This document shows, piece after piece, positions 24,040 through 37,400 of a stretch of DNA of 64,000 nucleotides (its first letter is position 1; every line of letters starts with the position of its first letter). Source of the stretch: Antedon mediterranea (taxonomy: Eukaryota > Animalia > Echinodermata). The notes under the pieces were generated by a model. That model searched no databases. It saw nothing but the letters and a program-made list of their open reading frames with translations, and was not told the DNA's origin. A program made the translations under genes and the position numbers. The stretch spans positions 22,828,070 through 22,892,069 of the forward strand of contig NC_092671.1 in assembly GCF_964355755.1 (NCBI RefSeq), in the 5' to 3' direction.

Positions 24040-24252
24040 TATCTGTCAACGATTTTAACTTTTATATGAATTTTATATAATCATTGTAAATTTTTAAGCC
24101 TTTAATATATTTTATGTCATTTGAATATTTAATATTTTATGTGTTGTACTGTATGTTTGTTCTATCGAGGGCCCTGAATGATCAGTTCTATTTGGAACTG
24201 GATAGGCTACCCTCAGTAAATATTGTAATAAATAAATAAAAATAAATAAACA
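24040..24252 (+). mobile_element. 3' tail fragment of a LINE/SINE
   Basis: gagggccc...ctaccctc stem followed by an (aaat)n tail. Confidence 0.4.
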
Positions 24253-24569
24253 AACACGAAACAACATTAGTTAATACTCTGTGTCTTTATTCTTATTTTG
24301 TCTCAATATCCATTGTAATATTGTATCCCCTGTCCTCTACATCTACTGCCCTCTAGCGTTTACTATAATTATGGTTTGTCACAATACTACAGTTGATCCC
24401 CATAATTTTTTTAACTTATTATGTAAGCAGGTATGTTGTAGATATGAATTCATGCAGAATTTTAACCTCACGGATGTTGTGAATCAATGATGGTTTCTTC
24501 ATCATTTACTCCATATCAACATTTTAAAACTTCATTACCGCCACATTGTGTTGCGTTTTGCTAGTTCAC

Positions 24570-25000
24570 AAAATATAAACTTTCCGATGTTTATTCAACA
24601 ACAAACCGTTGTATGGAATGATAAACCCGAGAAGAAGAATCCGAATCAGTGCCGACAAACATCTCAATCTTTTGCCACCAAAGTGAACAAGCCCTGTACG
24701 TATTGCAAGGACCATTATATAGATGACTGTGAAGACATGACTGAAAGCAGTATTTGTCTGAACATAATTTGTTTTGGGTGTGGTATGACTATGAACATTG
24801 AGCATACCAATGTCCTGAGACTATAACATGTAAACATTGTTTGTATATTTTCAAATGAAAAAGGTGCTGCTAATAAGTCTTTATGCATTTCAGTTTCAAG
24901 TAAATCAACAAATACTTCCATGATAGTTCCTGTGTGGTTTTGAAGTTCTCGATGCCCGCATAATGAAATGCTATTTTTGATAGATTTTGATTGATTATCC
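24570..25000 (+). pseudogene. Highly degenerate BEL/Pao gag zinc-knuckle to protease-start fragment
   Basis: CTYCKDHYIDDC, ICFGC, further Cys/His residues, then SMIVPVW. Confidence 0.45.
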
Positions 25001-25399
25001 GCAAAGAATATGCAGGATAACCCTTGTGATTGTCAAAGACCATCATCTTTTTTTTTTTTCGTTTTCTGTAATTTTTGTGTCTTGTGTATCTCTAAAACTT
25101 GCAAACATAACATTTCTTTAACTTTCTCAACATATCGTAATTCATGTGTAGTTGAGCAGCAACATTTTCATGATGTTTACAATTGCGCAACATGACTTAT
25201 TCACGATTTTATGAATTTCAAGTTTTTAACATAGGTAAAAAACGAAATAACAATTTAACACTGAACACTGAAAGTTACGCGTGTTTGAAAATTGAAAGTC
25301 AATTGCTAATCAACTTTCTACGCGTTATTTAGCATATACAAATTTAACGCTATGTGCGCATGTTGCGTTAAAACATATTTTTTCCGTGTGATTTATTTT

Positions 25400-26659
25400 T
25401 TTCAGTAGTTAGGTTGTTAACATAATGTAATAACATGTCTGATGACTCTCCCTAGCAAGTGAATAAAGATGGTGGATATACGGTGGATAATTTTTGCTAT
25501 AGCATGAAAATAAAAATTTGAAGTTGAATAAAAATACCAGAAATGTAAAATTCAAGTTATATTACCTATCATCTGATAACATTTTTTACCACACTGTTTA
25601 TTATTCATAGCTTTTTAAAATGCCTCTCTATTTACAAAATGTGTGTACAAAAGAATAGAGATTTTACTGTGTAATCTACTGTATCAATAAGCACTGATAA
25701 GTGCTTATTTTCAACAAGCTCCTGTAACACAAATAAAATCCCAAAAATTATGAAACATAAGCCCCTTTCTCACAGAGTTGTGTGCCAGGAATATTGCGGG
25801 AATATACCATTACCATGCCGGTATGGTTTTCTGTGAGAACGGGTCGTCTTGGCATCATGCCGGCACCATGCCGGCATCGACATGACCTGCTTCAGACCTA
25901 GTAATATTCTAGGGATATTCCCCGCAATGCCAGACGGGCATTCTGTGAGAACGTATCGCCGTTATATTCCGGGGTTCCCCGTCGAGGCTTTGACACCTTG
26001 CGCGGTCAAGTGTATCACTTTGGCGCCTATTCAATTCAATTAACAATAATAATGTCGAACTGGAGGGATAATGAGATAAGAGAGCTGCTTAAAATAAGGG
26101 GACAAGAAGAAATTTGTAGCATAATCTATAGGCCGCTAGGCTAGGCCATTAGCTCTTTGTTTGTTGGTGCCTGACCTTTCGTCGCCTTCTTGTAAATTGT
26201 AGGCCTACAGCCTTCTAAGGTGTTTTACAGATTGCAGATGACGGCAAATTAATTGCTTTACCTGTATAATATATGCACAATATACTGTACATAGCATGTA
26301 TTGCATAAATATGCTATATAAAGGAAGATAATAATCTGTAACTTGACATTCGCCGCCATATCATCGCTAGACAAAAATAATAACAATAAAGGACGCCCTC
26401 AATAATTATTTTGTCAGAGACTTTTTATTGGCCGAATATGCCCGACTCCTTTCTCACAGAAAGCCGGTATATACCGGTTATATTTCCGGCACGATAGTCC
26501 GATGAGAATGGGTATATGCCGGTAACGATACCGGCACGACGCCAGCACTGTACCGGTATATTGCAGGCACATCTGTGAGAAAGGGGATATAGGGGAAACT
26601 ATAGATCAATAATTATTGGAATGTATGCTCAATAGAAATTTTTTGCCCGCACCTGACCT
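25400..26659 (-). mobile_element. Truncated Kolobok-like MITE (copy of 59748-60341) carrying a Harbinger-like insertion
   Basis: Reverse complement of 59748-60185. TTAA at 26660-26663. Other end lost at a tttttttcag microhomology. Confidence 0.75.
25760..26588. mobile_element. PIF/Harbinger-like non-autonomous element
   Basis: 17-bp TIRs A(G/T)CCCCTTTCTCACAGA. 3-bp TSD ATA confirmed by the empty site at ~59808-59828. Myb/SANT-like N-terminal remnant MSNWRDNEIRELLKIRG at 26052. Confidence 0.82.
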
Positions 26660-29600
26660 TTAAAATCACATCGAATTGGACAATTTTCGCACGTTTTTTA
26701 TGAAAATGTTCAAAAATTCGTCAAAATTATACTAACAGTCATCGTTTCTAAACTAAATGGTGAACGTATTCGGGAAGATGATGAGTAGTAATTATCGGAT
26801 CATGTATCAATATGGCTAACCAGACATTGTGGTGTCATCGTATGGCCACCCGAATATAAAATATAGGATTTTTGTCTCTTTCATCATAGAGCGCATCTCC
26901 ACTTATTCATTTACCCCAAGATTTTGATATTATCTAGGTCAATCAATTATCTTTCCCATGATTTACCATTTTTAAAATGTTGAAAACGTCATGTTCAAAA
27001 GCATGAATAACTTGGGTCACTTATTTTCATCATTACAGTAAATTTCAATATGTTATAGCTCCTTTAGAATAAAAAATGATACTCATGACTAAAACATTTT
27101 CTGGAAGCTGTTAGATACGAATTCATGTGCAAAATATGCGCATCGGATGTTGCGACGTCATCATATGGCCAGTCGTATTTTCATATTTTGCGTCATAGTT
27201 CATTACATTTAAAATAGAGCGCATCATATTCTACATACACAAATTTCCTCGATACATTCATATGCTGTTGCTCAGAAAATTTCCTTCCAAAATTTCTATC
27301 TACATACGTGTTTCATTTTGATGACGTCATCATGTTAATTTGGAATAAAAAGAGGGTCCCGTTATTTTCACCTATTCTGCACTGTATGTAGTATGTATAC
27401 ATTAGTGTATACTGTATATATACTTAGACACAAAATAGAGAGGGCACACTAACATTTAATTTTCTTCAGGCATAATCGTTTTTCTGTGAACAATATTCTA
27501 TCGTATGATGTGCACGTGTCGTTTGCACAGCGGATAACCTAACTCGTCCATAGTGACAAGTTCAAATCTAGTACTTGATTTATTTCCGACAGCATTGCTA
27601 AAAACTGAAGATGGAAATAGAACCAATCTACTCTTGTCAACTATGCATAGCAAATCATCCGTGTCTGTTGTGTCACAAGTTTTGCCATATGGAAGTTGTC
27701 AGCTTTGACTGAAAGAATGTGAGATTGTTATCTTTAATTAGGTGATCATTTAGAATAAAATAATCACCTATTGTTATTGTATGAAATCTTTATTGGTTAT
27801 CCGCACTTGGCGGATAACCCCTTGTTATTGTCAGGATCTTTTTTTTTTTTGGTTATCCGCAACTTTCCTTTTGTGATTGTACGAAATCATCATCAACATA
27901 AACTTTTTATTAGTTATCCGCATTCAGCGGATAACTCCTTGTAACTGTCCTGTTTCATCATCTTTTTAGTTATCCGCATTGAGCGGATAACTCCTTGTAA
28001 CTGTCCTGTTACTTTTTTTTTTCTTTCCTTCTCCCCCATTTTTGTGTCTCACGTATCTCAAAAACTTGTAAACATAACATGTTATAACTTTGTCAGCATG
28101 AGGGCATTCACGTGAAGTTGTGCACCTCCTATTTTTGAATGATGTCAGAGTTGCGCAACATGACTTACGCGCGATTTTATGAATTTCACATATTTAACAT
28201 AGGTCAAAAACCAAATAACATTTTAAATTGAAACTTTGCAAAAGTTTAATTTATATCATGAGCTAACTTTTTGTTGAAAAAAAAATGCGTGTTTCACAAA
28301 AAGTTACGCGCGTACGCGCATTTAAAATTTCAAAATGCGCAAAATTAATTTCTAATCAACTTTCTACGTGTTTCATGTCATTTTGAGCATGTCAAAAATT
28401 CCCAGGCGCGCGCAAATTTTTACGCGCACGGAGCACACGTACCGTTAAAAACAGATTATTTTCGCGTGATTTATGTTTTTTCAGCCTTTTCTAGTAATTT
28501 TACCAACTTTTAAACAATTTCGACTTCAAATTACGTCATACGGGCACGTCGAATTGGATAATTTATGTGCGTTTTTTATGAAAAAGTTCTAAAATTTATC
28601 AAAATTTTTATCAAAATTTTTTTGACGTCATCATGCCTAAAAATTTTGCAAATCGGATGCTGTGACGTCATCATATGGCCAGTTAAATAAAAAAAGTCGT
28701 ATTTCCATATTTTGCGTCATAGTTCATTACATTTAAAAGAGCGCGCATTAATATTTTACGTATTAAAATTTCTTCTACACGTTAATATGTTGTTGCTGAG
28801 ATAATTTCCTTCCGAAATTGCTATATTAGTGTTTCATTTTGATACCGTCACCATGTTAAAAATTGGAATAAATGACGGGACCCGTAATTTCGCCTATCCT
28901 ACACTGTATTAATATGTATACAGATTATACTATGTATACTGTAAATAGTATATGACACAAAATATACAGCATTTAGCACTAACAACATATGTGTTTGTTT
29001 GTGTCCAATGTATGACGTGCACGTGGCGTTTATCGTGCGGATAACTAACTCGTCAAAGTGACGAGTTTCATGTCTAGTTAGTTATCCGCATTCAGCGGAT
29101 AACTCCTTGTAACTGTCCTGTTTCATCTTCTTTTTTTTCTGTATTCTTCTTTCTTTCTGTCATTTTTGTGCAGAGCGTATCTCTAAAACATGTAAACATA
29201 ACATTTCATAACTTTGTCAACATATGGGGATTCGCGTGAAGTTGTGCACCTCTTATTGTGAATGACGTCAGAGTTACGCAACGTGACTTACGCGCGTTTT
29301 TACGTTTTTCGCGTATTTAACATAGATTGAAAACCATATAACAATTTAAATTGAAACTTAACAAAAGTTTTAGTTATATCTTGCGCTAACTGACTGTGTA
29401 AAAAAAATGGCATGTTTTACACGAAGTTACGCGCGCACGCGCGTTTAAAATTTCAAAACGCGAAAAATCAATTTCTAATCCACTTTCTACGCGTTTCATG
29501 TCATTTTGAGCAGGTAAAAAATTCCCACGCGCGCGCATTTTTTTACGCGCGCCGTGCGCACGTAGCGTTGAAAACAATTTTTTTCACGTGATTTATGTTT

Positions 29601-32219
29601 TTCCAGCCTTTTGTAGTAATTTTACCAACTTTTACACGATTTTGACTTAAAATTACGTCATACGGGCACGTCGAATTGGATAATTTACGTGGGTTTTTGA
29701 TGAAAAAGTTAAAAAAATTGTTAAAATTTGTCAAAATTATACTTTTTTTTAAACAGTCGTAGTTTCTAAACTAAATGGTGAAATTTATTTTTATTACATA
29801 TTCTGGAAGTTGATGAGTTGTAGATATCGGAACATGCATTAATATGGCTAACCGGACATTGTAACGTCATCGTATGGCCACCCGAATATAAAATATAGAA
29901 TTTTTGTATTTTTCGTCATAGCGCATCACATTTAATAGAGCGCATCTCTACTTATCCGTTTTCAATTTTCACCCCGATTTTGACATTGTCTAGGTCAATC
30001 ACTTATATTTCGCATGAGTTAAAAATATTTTAATTTTTATGACGCCATCATGTCTAAAAATGTAAATAACGTGGGTCACTTATTTTCATCTTTACAGTAA
30101 ATTTCAATCTGTTATAGCTCGTCAGAATAAAACGTGATAATCATGATTAAAACGTTTTCTGGAAGCTATTAGATTGTAGATACAAATTCATGTGAACATT
30201 TTGCTTATCAAATGTTGTGACGTCATCATATGGCCAGTTGAATAAAAAAAGTCGTATTTTCATATTTTGCGTAATAGTTCATCACATTTAAAAGAGCGCG
30301 CATCTATATTTTACGTATCCAAATTTCTTCTACACGTTAATATGTTGTCTCTGAGATAATTTCCTTCCGAAATTGCTATCTTAGTCTTTCATTTTGATAC
30401 CGTCGCCATGTTAAAAATTTGAATAAACGGAGGGTCCCGTAATTTCACCTATTTACACTGTATGTAACATGTATACAGATTATACTGTTTGCACTGTATA
30501 TACTATACGACACAAAATTGACATATTTCAGCACTTACGGCATATCATATTCTTCAGTTCAGGCTATAATGCCATATCTTTTTCCGTGTGCAAAACTCCA
30601 ACGTATGACGCGCACGCGGCGTTTGTGTGGTGCGGATAACTAACTCGTCAAAGTGACGAGTTCAAGTCTAGTCTTTATCTTCTTTCTTTCTGTAATTTTT
30701 TGTGTCACGCGTATCTGTAAAACTTCCAAACATAACATTTCGTAACTTTCCCAACATATCGTCACTCATATGAAGTTGTGCAGCGAAGCTTTTCAGCATA
30801 TTTACAATTGCGCAACGTGACTACGCTCGATTTTATGAATTTAGCGTTTTAAACATAGGTAAAAAACCGAAAAACGTTTGTAATTGAAACTTTGCAAAAG
30901 TTTAATTTATATCATGCGCTAAATTTCTGTTGAACAAAAATTTCGTGTTTTAAACAAATTTACGCGCGCACGCGCATTTAAAATTTTTAAAATGCGCAAA
31001 ATTGATTTCTAATCAACTTTCTACGTGTTTCATGTCATTTTAAGTATGTCAAAAATTCCCACGCGTGCGCAAATTTTTACGTGTGCGGTGCGCACGTAGC
31101 ATTAAAAACATATATTTTTCGCTTGATTTATGTTTTTCCAGCCTTTTTCTAGTAATTTTACCAACTTTTAAACAATTTCGACTTAAAGTTACGTCATACG
31201 AGCATGTCGAATTGTACAATTTGCGCGCGTTTTGATGAAAAAGTTCAAAAATCCGTCAAAATTATGCCTTTTTTTAAACAGTCGTAATTTCTAAACTACA
31301 CGGTCAACTTTTTGTGGATGACATATTCTGGAAGTTGATTAGTTGTAGATATCGGATCATGTATTAATATGGCTAACCGGACATTATGACGTCATCGTAT
31401 GGCCACGCAAATATAAAATAAAGGATTTTTGTTTCTTTCGTTATAGGTCATCACATTTAATAGAGCGCATCTCCACTTAGCCGTTTTCCATTTTCACCCC
31501 GATTTTGATATTGTCTAGGTCAATCAACTATCTTTCACATGAGTTAAAAATATTTTAATTTTTATGAAGTCATCATGCCTAAAAATTTAAATTACGTGTG
31601 GCATTAATTTCATCTTTACAGTAAATTTTAATCTGTTATAGCTCGTAAGAATAAAATGTGATAATTACGATTAAAACGTTTTCTAGTAGCTATTGGATTG
31701 TAGATAGGAAATCATGTGAAAATTTTGCCAATCGGATGTTGTGACGTCATCATATGACCAGTTAAATAAAAAAAGTTGTAGTTTCATCTTTTGCGTCATA
31801 ATTTATTACATTTAAAAGAGCGTGCATCAATATTTTACGTATTTAAATTTCTTTTACACATTAATATGTTGTTGCCGAGATAATTTCCTTCCAAAATTGC
31901 TATCTAAATGTTTCATTTTGATACCGTCGCCATGTTAAAAATTGGAATAAATGGCGGGTCCAGTCATTTCACCTATTCTACACTGTATGTAATATGTATA
32001 CAGATTATATTGTATACTATATGACACAAAATAACAGAATTCAGCAATAACAACATATCATATTCTTCAGTTCAGGTCATATTGCCATAATCTTTTTCTG
32101 TGTGCAATATTCTAACGTATGTCGTGCACGTGGCCTTTGTCGTGCGGATAACTAACTCGTCAAAGTGACGAGTTACATGTCTAGTTAGGTGATCATTTAG
32201 AATAAAATGATCACCTATT

Positions 32220-32470
32220 TTTTTTTTTTTTTATTCATACTCATCCAACAGCGAGTAACTCGCCAATTACAGGATGGATAAACTATTTAATAATTTATCG
32301 TGCTTATAAACTAAGTCTCATTTGAGGCTTAGGGAGTGGAGTTGAAAGAGTCATGAGTTACAACCCTGCACTAGGTCAGGATTGAACCCGGGACCTTGGG
32401 ATTGGAAGGCAAGCACGTTAACCACCAAGCTACAGCTCCACTCCTTTAACCACCAAGCTACAGCTCCACT
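32220..32470 (-). mobile_element. tRNA-derived SINE
   Basis: Minus strand has A box TAGCTTGGTGGTTAA (5' part tandemly duplicated), B box GGTTCAATCC and a poly(A) tail. TSD CCTATT at 32214-32219 and 32471-32476. Confidence 0.85.
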
Positions 32471-34196
32471 CCTATTGTTATTGTATGAAATCTTTATTTG
32501 GTTATCCGCAACGAAGTTGCAGGATAACCTCTTGTGATTGTACGAAATCATCAACATCAACTTTTTATTAGTTATCCGCACTCAGCGGATAACTCCTTGT
32601 AACTGTCCTGTTTCATCATCTTTTTTTTTTTTTTTCTGTATTATTCTTTCTTTCTGTCATTTTTGTGCAGAGCATATCTCAAAAACGTGTAAAGTTAACA
32701 TTTCATAACTTTGTCAACATATGGGTATTCACCTGAAGTTGTGCTTTGCTATTTTTGAATGACGTCAGAATTGCACAACATGAATTACGCGCGTTTTAAC
32801 GAATTTCGCGTATTTAACATACATCGAAAACCATATAACAATTTAAATTGAAACTTAACAAAAGTTTTAGTTATATCTTGCGCTAACTGACTTTGTAAAA
32901 AAAATGGCATGTTTTACACGAAGTTACGCGCGCACGCGCGTTTAAAATTTCAAAACGCGAAAAATCAATTTTTAATCCACTTTCTACGCGTTTCATGTCA
33001 TTTTGAGCAGGTAAAAAATTCCCACGCGTGCGCATTTTTTTACGCGCGCCGTGCGCACGTAGCGTTGAAAACAATTTTTTTCACGTGATTTATGTTTTTC
33101 CAGCCTTTTGTAGTAATTTTACCAACTTTTAAACGATTTAGACTTAAAATTACGTCATACGGGCACGTCGAATTGGATAATTTACGTGGGTTTTTGATGA
33201 AAAAGGTAAAAAATTCGTAAAAATTTGTCAAAATTATGCCTTTTTTTAAACAGTCGTAATTTCTAAACTAGACGGTCAACTTTTTGTGGATGACATATTC
33301 TTGAAGTTGATGAGGTGTAGATATCGGATCATGTAATAATATGGCTAACCGGACATTGTGACGTCATCGTATGGCCACGCGAATATAAAATATAGGATTT
33401 TTGTATCTTTCATCATAGCGCATGACATTTAATAGAGCGCATCTCCAATTATCTGTTTTCTATTTTTACCCCGATTTTTATATTATCTAGGTCAATCAAC
33501 TATCTTTCGTATGAGTTAAAAATATCTTAATTTTTATGACGTCATCATGTCTAAAAATGTAAATAACGTGGGTAACTTATTTTCGTCTTTACAGTAAATT
33601 TCAATCTGTTATAGCTCGTCAGAATAAAACGTGATAATCATGATTAAAACGTTTTCTGGAAGCTATTGGATTGTAGATACGAATTTATGTAAACATTTTG
33701 CCAATCGGATGTTGTGACGTCATCATATGACCAGTTAAATAAAAAAAGTCGTATTTTCATCTTTTGCGTCATAATTCATCACATTTAAATGAGCGCGCAT
33801 CAATATTTTACATATTTAAATTTCTTCTACACATTAATATGTTGTTGCCGAGATAATTTCCTTCCGAAATTGCTATCTTAGTGTTTCATTTTGATACCGT
33901 CGCTATGTTAAAAATTTTGGAATAAATGGCGGGTCCAGTCATTTCACCTATTCTACACAGTATGTAATATGTATACAGATTATATTGTATATATGATATG
34001 ACACAAAATAACAGAATTCAGCAATAACAACATATCATATTCTTCAGTTCAGGTCATATTGCCACAATCTTTTTCTGTGTGCAATATTCTAACGTATGTC
34101 GTGCACGTGGCCTTTGTCGTGCGGATAACTAACTCGTCAAAGTGACGAGTTACATGTCTAGTTAGGTGATCATTTAGAATAAAATGATCACCTATT

Positions 34197-34447
34197 TTTT
34201 TTTTTTTTTATTCATACTCATCCAACAGCGAGTAACTCGCCAATTACAGGATGGATAAACTATTTAATAATTTATCGTGCTTATAAACTAAGTCTCATTT
34301 GAGGCTTAGGGAGTGGAGTTGAAAGAGTCATGAGTTACAACCCTGCACTAGGTCAGGATTGAACCCGGGACCTTGGGATTGGAAGGCAAGCACGTTAACC
34401 ACCAAGCTACAGCTCCACTCCTTTAACCACCAAGCTACAGCTCCACT
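34197..34447 (-). mobile_element. tRNA-derived SINE (duplicated copy)
   Basis: Identical to 32220-32470, inside the tandem duplication. Confidence 0.85.
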
Positions 34448-37400
34448 CCTATTGTTATTGTATGAAATCTTTATTTGGTTATCCGCAACGAAGTTGCAGG
34501 ATAACCTCTTGTGATTGTACGAAATCATCAACATCAACTTTTTATTAGTTATCCGCACTCAGCGGATAACTCCTTGTAACTGTCCTGTTTCATCATCTTT
34601 TTTTTTTTTTTTCTGTATTATTCTTTCTTTCTGTCATTTTTGTGCAGAGCATATCTCAAAAACGTGTAAAGTTAACATTTCATAACTTTGTCAACATATG
34701 GGTATTCACCTGAAGTTGTGCTTTGCTATTTTTGAATGACGTCAGAATTGCACAACATGAATTACGCGCGTTTTAACGAATTTCGCGTATTTAACATACA
34801 TCGAAAACCATATAACAATTTAAATTGAAACTTAACAAAAGTTTTAGTTATATCTTGCGCTAACTGACTTTGTAAAAAAAATGGCATGTTTTACACGAAG
34901 TTACGCGCGCACGCGCGTTTAAAATTTCAAAACGCGAAAAATCAATTTTTAATCCACTTTCTACGCGTTTCATGTCATTTTGAGCAGGTAAAAAATTCCC
35001 ACGCGTGCGCATTTTTTTACGCGCGCCGTGCGCACGTAGCGTTGAAAACAATTTTTTTCACGTGATTTATGTTTTTCCAGCCTTTTGTAGTAATTTTACC
35101 AACTTTTAAACGATTTAGACTTAAAATTACGTCATACGGGCACGTCGAATTGGATAATTTACGTGGGTTTTTGATGAAAAAGGTAAAAAATTCGTAAAAA
35201 TTTGTCAAAATTATGCCTTTTTTTAAACAGTCGTAATTTCTAAACTAGACGGTCAACTTTTTGTGGATGACATATTCTTGAAGTTGATGAGGTGTAGATA
35301 TCGGATCATGTAATAATATGGCTAACCGGACATTGTGACGTCATCGTATGGCCACGCGAATATAAAATATAGGATTTTTGTATCTTTCATCATAGCGCAT
35401 GACATTTAATAGAGCGCATCTCCAATTATCTGTTTTCTATTTTTACCCCGATTTTTATATTATCTAGGTCAATCAACTATCTTTCGTATGAGTTAAAAAT
35501 ATCTTAATTTTTATGACGTCATCATGTCTAAAAATGTAAATAACGTGGGTAACTTATTTTCGTCTTTACAGTAAATTTCAATCTGTTATAGCTCGTCAGA
35601 ATAAAACGTGATAATCATGATTAAAACGTTTTCTGGAAGCTATTGGATTGTAGATACGAATTTATGTAAACATTTTGCCAATCGGATGTTGTGACGTCAT
35701 CATATGACCAGTTAAATAAAAAAAGTCGTATTTTCATCTTTTGCGTCATAATTCATCACATTTAAATGAGCGCGCATCAATATTTTACATATTTAAATTT
35801 CTTCTACACATTAATATGTTGTTGCCGAGATAATTTCCTTCCGAAATTGCTATCTTAGTGTTTCATTTTGATACCGTCGCTATGTTAAAAATTTTGGAAT
35901 AAATGGCGGGTCCAGTCATTTCACCTATTCTACACAGTATGTAATATGTATACAGATTATATTGTATATATGATATGACACAAAATAACAGAATTCAGCA
36001 ATAACAACATATCATATTCTTCAGTTCAGGTCATATTGCCACAATCTTTTTCTGTGTGCAATATTCTAACGTATGACGTCTACGTGGCCTTTGTCGTGCG
36101 GATAACTAACTCGTCAAAGTGACGAGTTACATGTCTAGTTAGTTATCCGCATTCAGCGGATAACTCCTTGTAACTGTCCTGTGTCTTTTTTTTTTTTTTC
36201 ATTATTCTTCAGTCTTTCTCCCTCACTTTTTGTGCAGAGCGTATCTCTAAAATGGGTAAACATAACATTTCATAACTTTGTCAACATATGGAAATTTACG
36301 TGAAGTTGTGCACCTCCTATTTTTGAATGACGTCAGTGTTGCGCAACATGACTTACGCGCGTTTTTATGAATTTACAGATAATAACATAGATCGAAAACC
36401 ATATAACAATTTAAATTGAAACTTTGCAAAATTTTAATTTATATCAGGCGCTAACTTTCTGTTGAAAAAAAGTTGCGTGTTTTACACAAAGTTACGCGCG
36501 CACGCGCATTTAAAATTTCAAAATGCGCAAAATTAATTTCTAATCAACTTTCTACGCGTTTCATGTCATTTTAAGCATGTAAAAAATTCCCACGCATGCG
36601 CAAATTTGTACGTGTGCGGTGCGCACGTAGCATTAAAAACATATATTTTTCGCGTGATTTATGTTTTTCCAGCCTTTTCTAGTAATTTTACCAACTTTTA
36701 AACAATTTCGACTTAAAGTTACGTCATACGAGCATGTCGAATTGGACAATTTGCGCACGTTTTTGATGAAAAAGTACAAAAATTTGTCAAAATTATGCCT
36801 TTTTTTAAACAATCGTAATTTCTAAACTACACGGTCAACTTTTTGTGGATGACATATTCTGGAAGTTGATGAGTTGTAGATATCAGATCATGTATTAATA
36901 TGGCTAACCGGACATTGTGACGTCATTGTTTCTGTACACTATTTTGTGTAACAATTATCTCAAAAAGTTTAATGTCAATGATTACCAAAATTTCAGAGTA
37001 TCTTTCAAATAATATAACTTAATCCTAATAAGCTTTTCAGCGTGATCACTCATCCGTGACGTCACGTATACGCCATTTTGTGAAATCACATTATCAATCA
37101 TATCTCCATAATTCATTATCACATATTAATGAAAATCACTAGACATAAACTTAAGGGCAAGGTAAAAAATATTAGCAAATAAAAACTCGGGCGTTTCAAG
37201 GTCATGCTCGTGAAATCGCGCGTTGAAATTTTAAAAAGCTCAAAATTTAGTTTTTATCATTTTAGAGCATGAAATAGGCCATTTGCGTGTTTAAAAAAAT
37301 TACTGCGCAAAAACACATTTTTGCGCACGCGATTTTTAAAAAGGGTAAAAAATAAAATTTGATGTATACATCATATTCTACTCACAATCCTTAGTACATT

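Larger units (their letters stand above)
25040..27571 (+). mobile_element. Degenerate HINE-like body with nested Kolobok-like and Harbinger-like elements
   Basis: Homologous to the array bodies. Ends gcggataacctaactcgtccatagtgacaagttcaaatCTAG. Confidence 0.7.
32089..36075 (+). repeat. Recent 1977-bp tandem duplication
   Basis: 32089-34098 appears identical to 34066-36075. ORF-track entries repeat at +1977. Confidence 0.92.

Noticed and set aside
27575-27710. Coding exon on the minus strand
   Set aside because: Good acceptor, but all three phases hit a stop codon. At most a pseudo-exon or UTR.
32370-32470. Functional tRNA genes here and at 22410-22482
   Set aside because: They have poor cloverleaf pairing and continue into SINE bodies with tails.
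27738-36200. Recurrent short palindromes as a CRISPR-like array
   Set aside because: Spacing is irregular, intervening sequences are homologous to each other, and there are no cas genes. They are Helentron-like termini in eukaryotic DNA.
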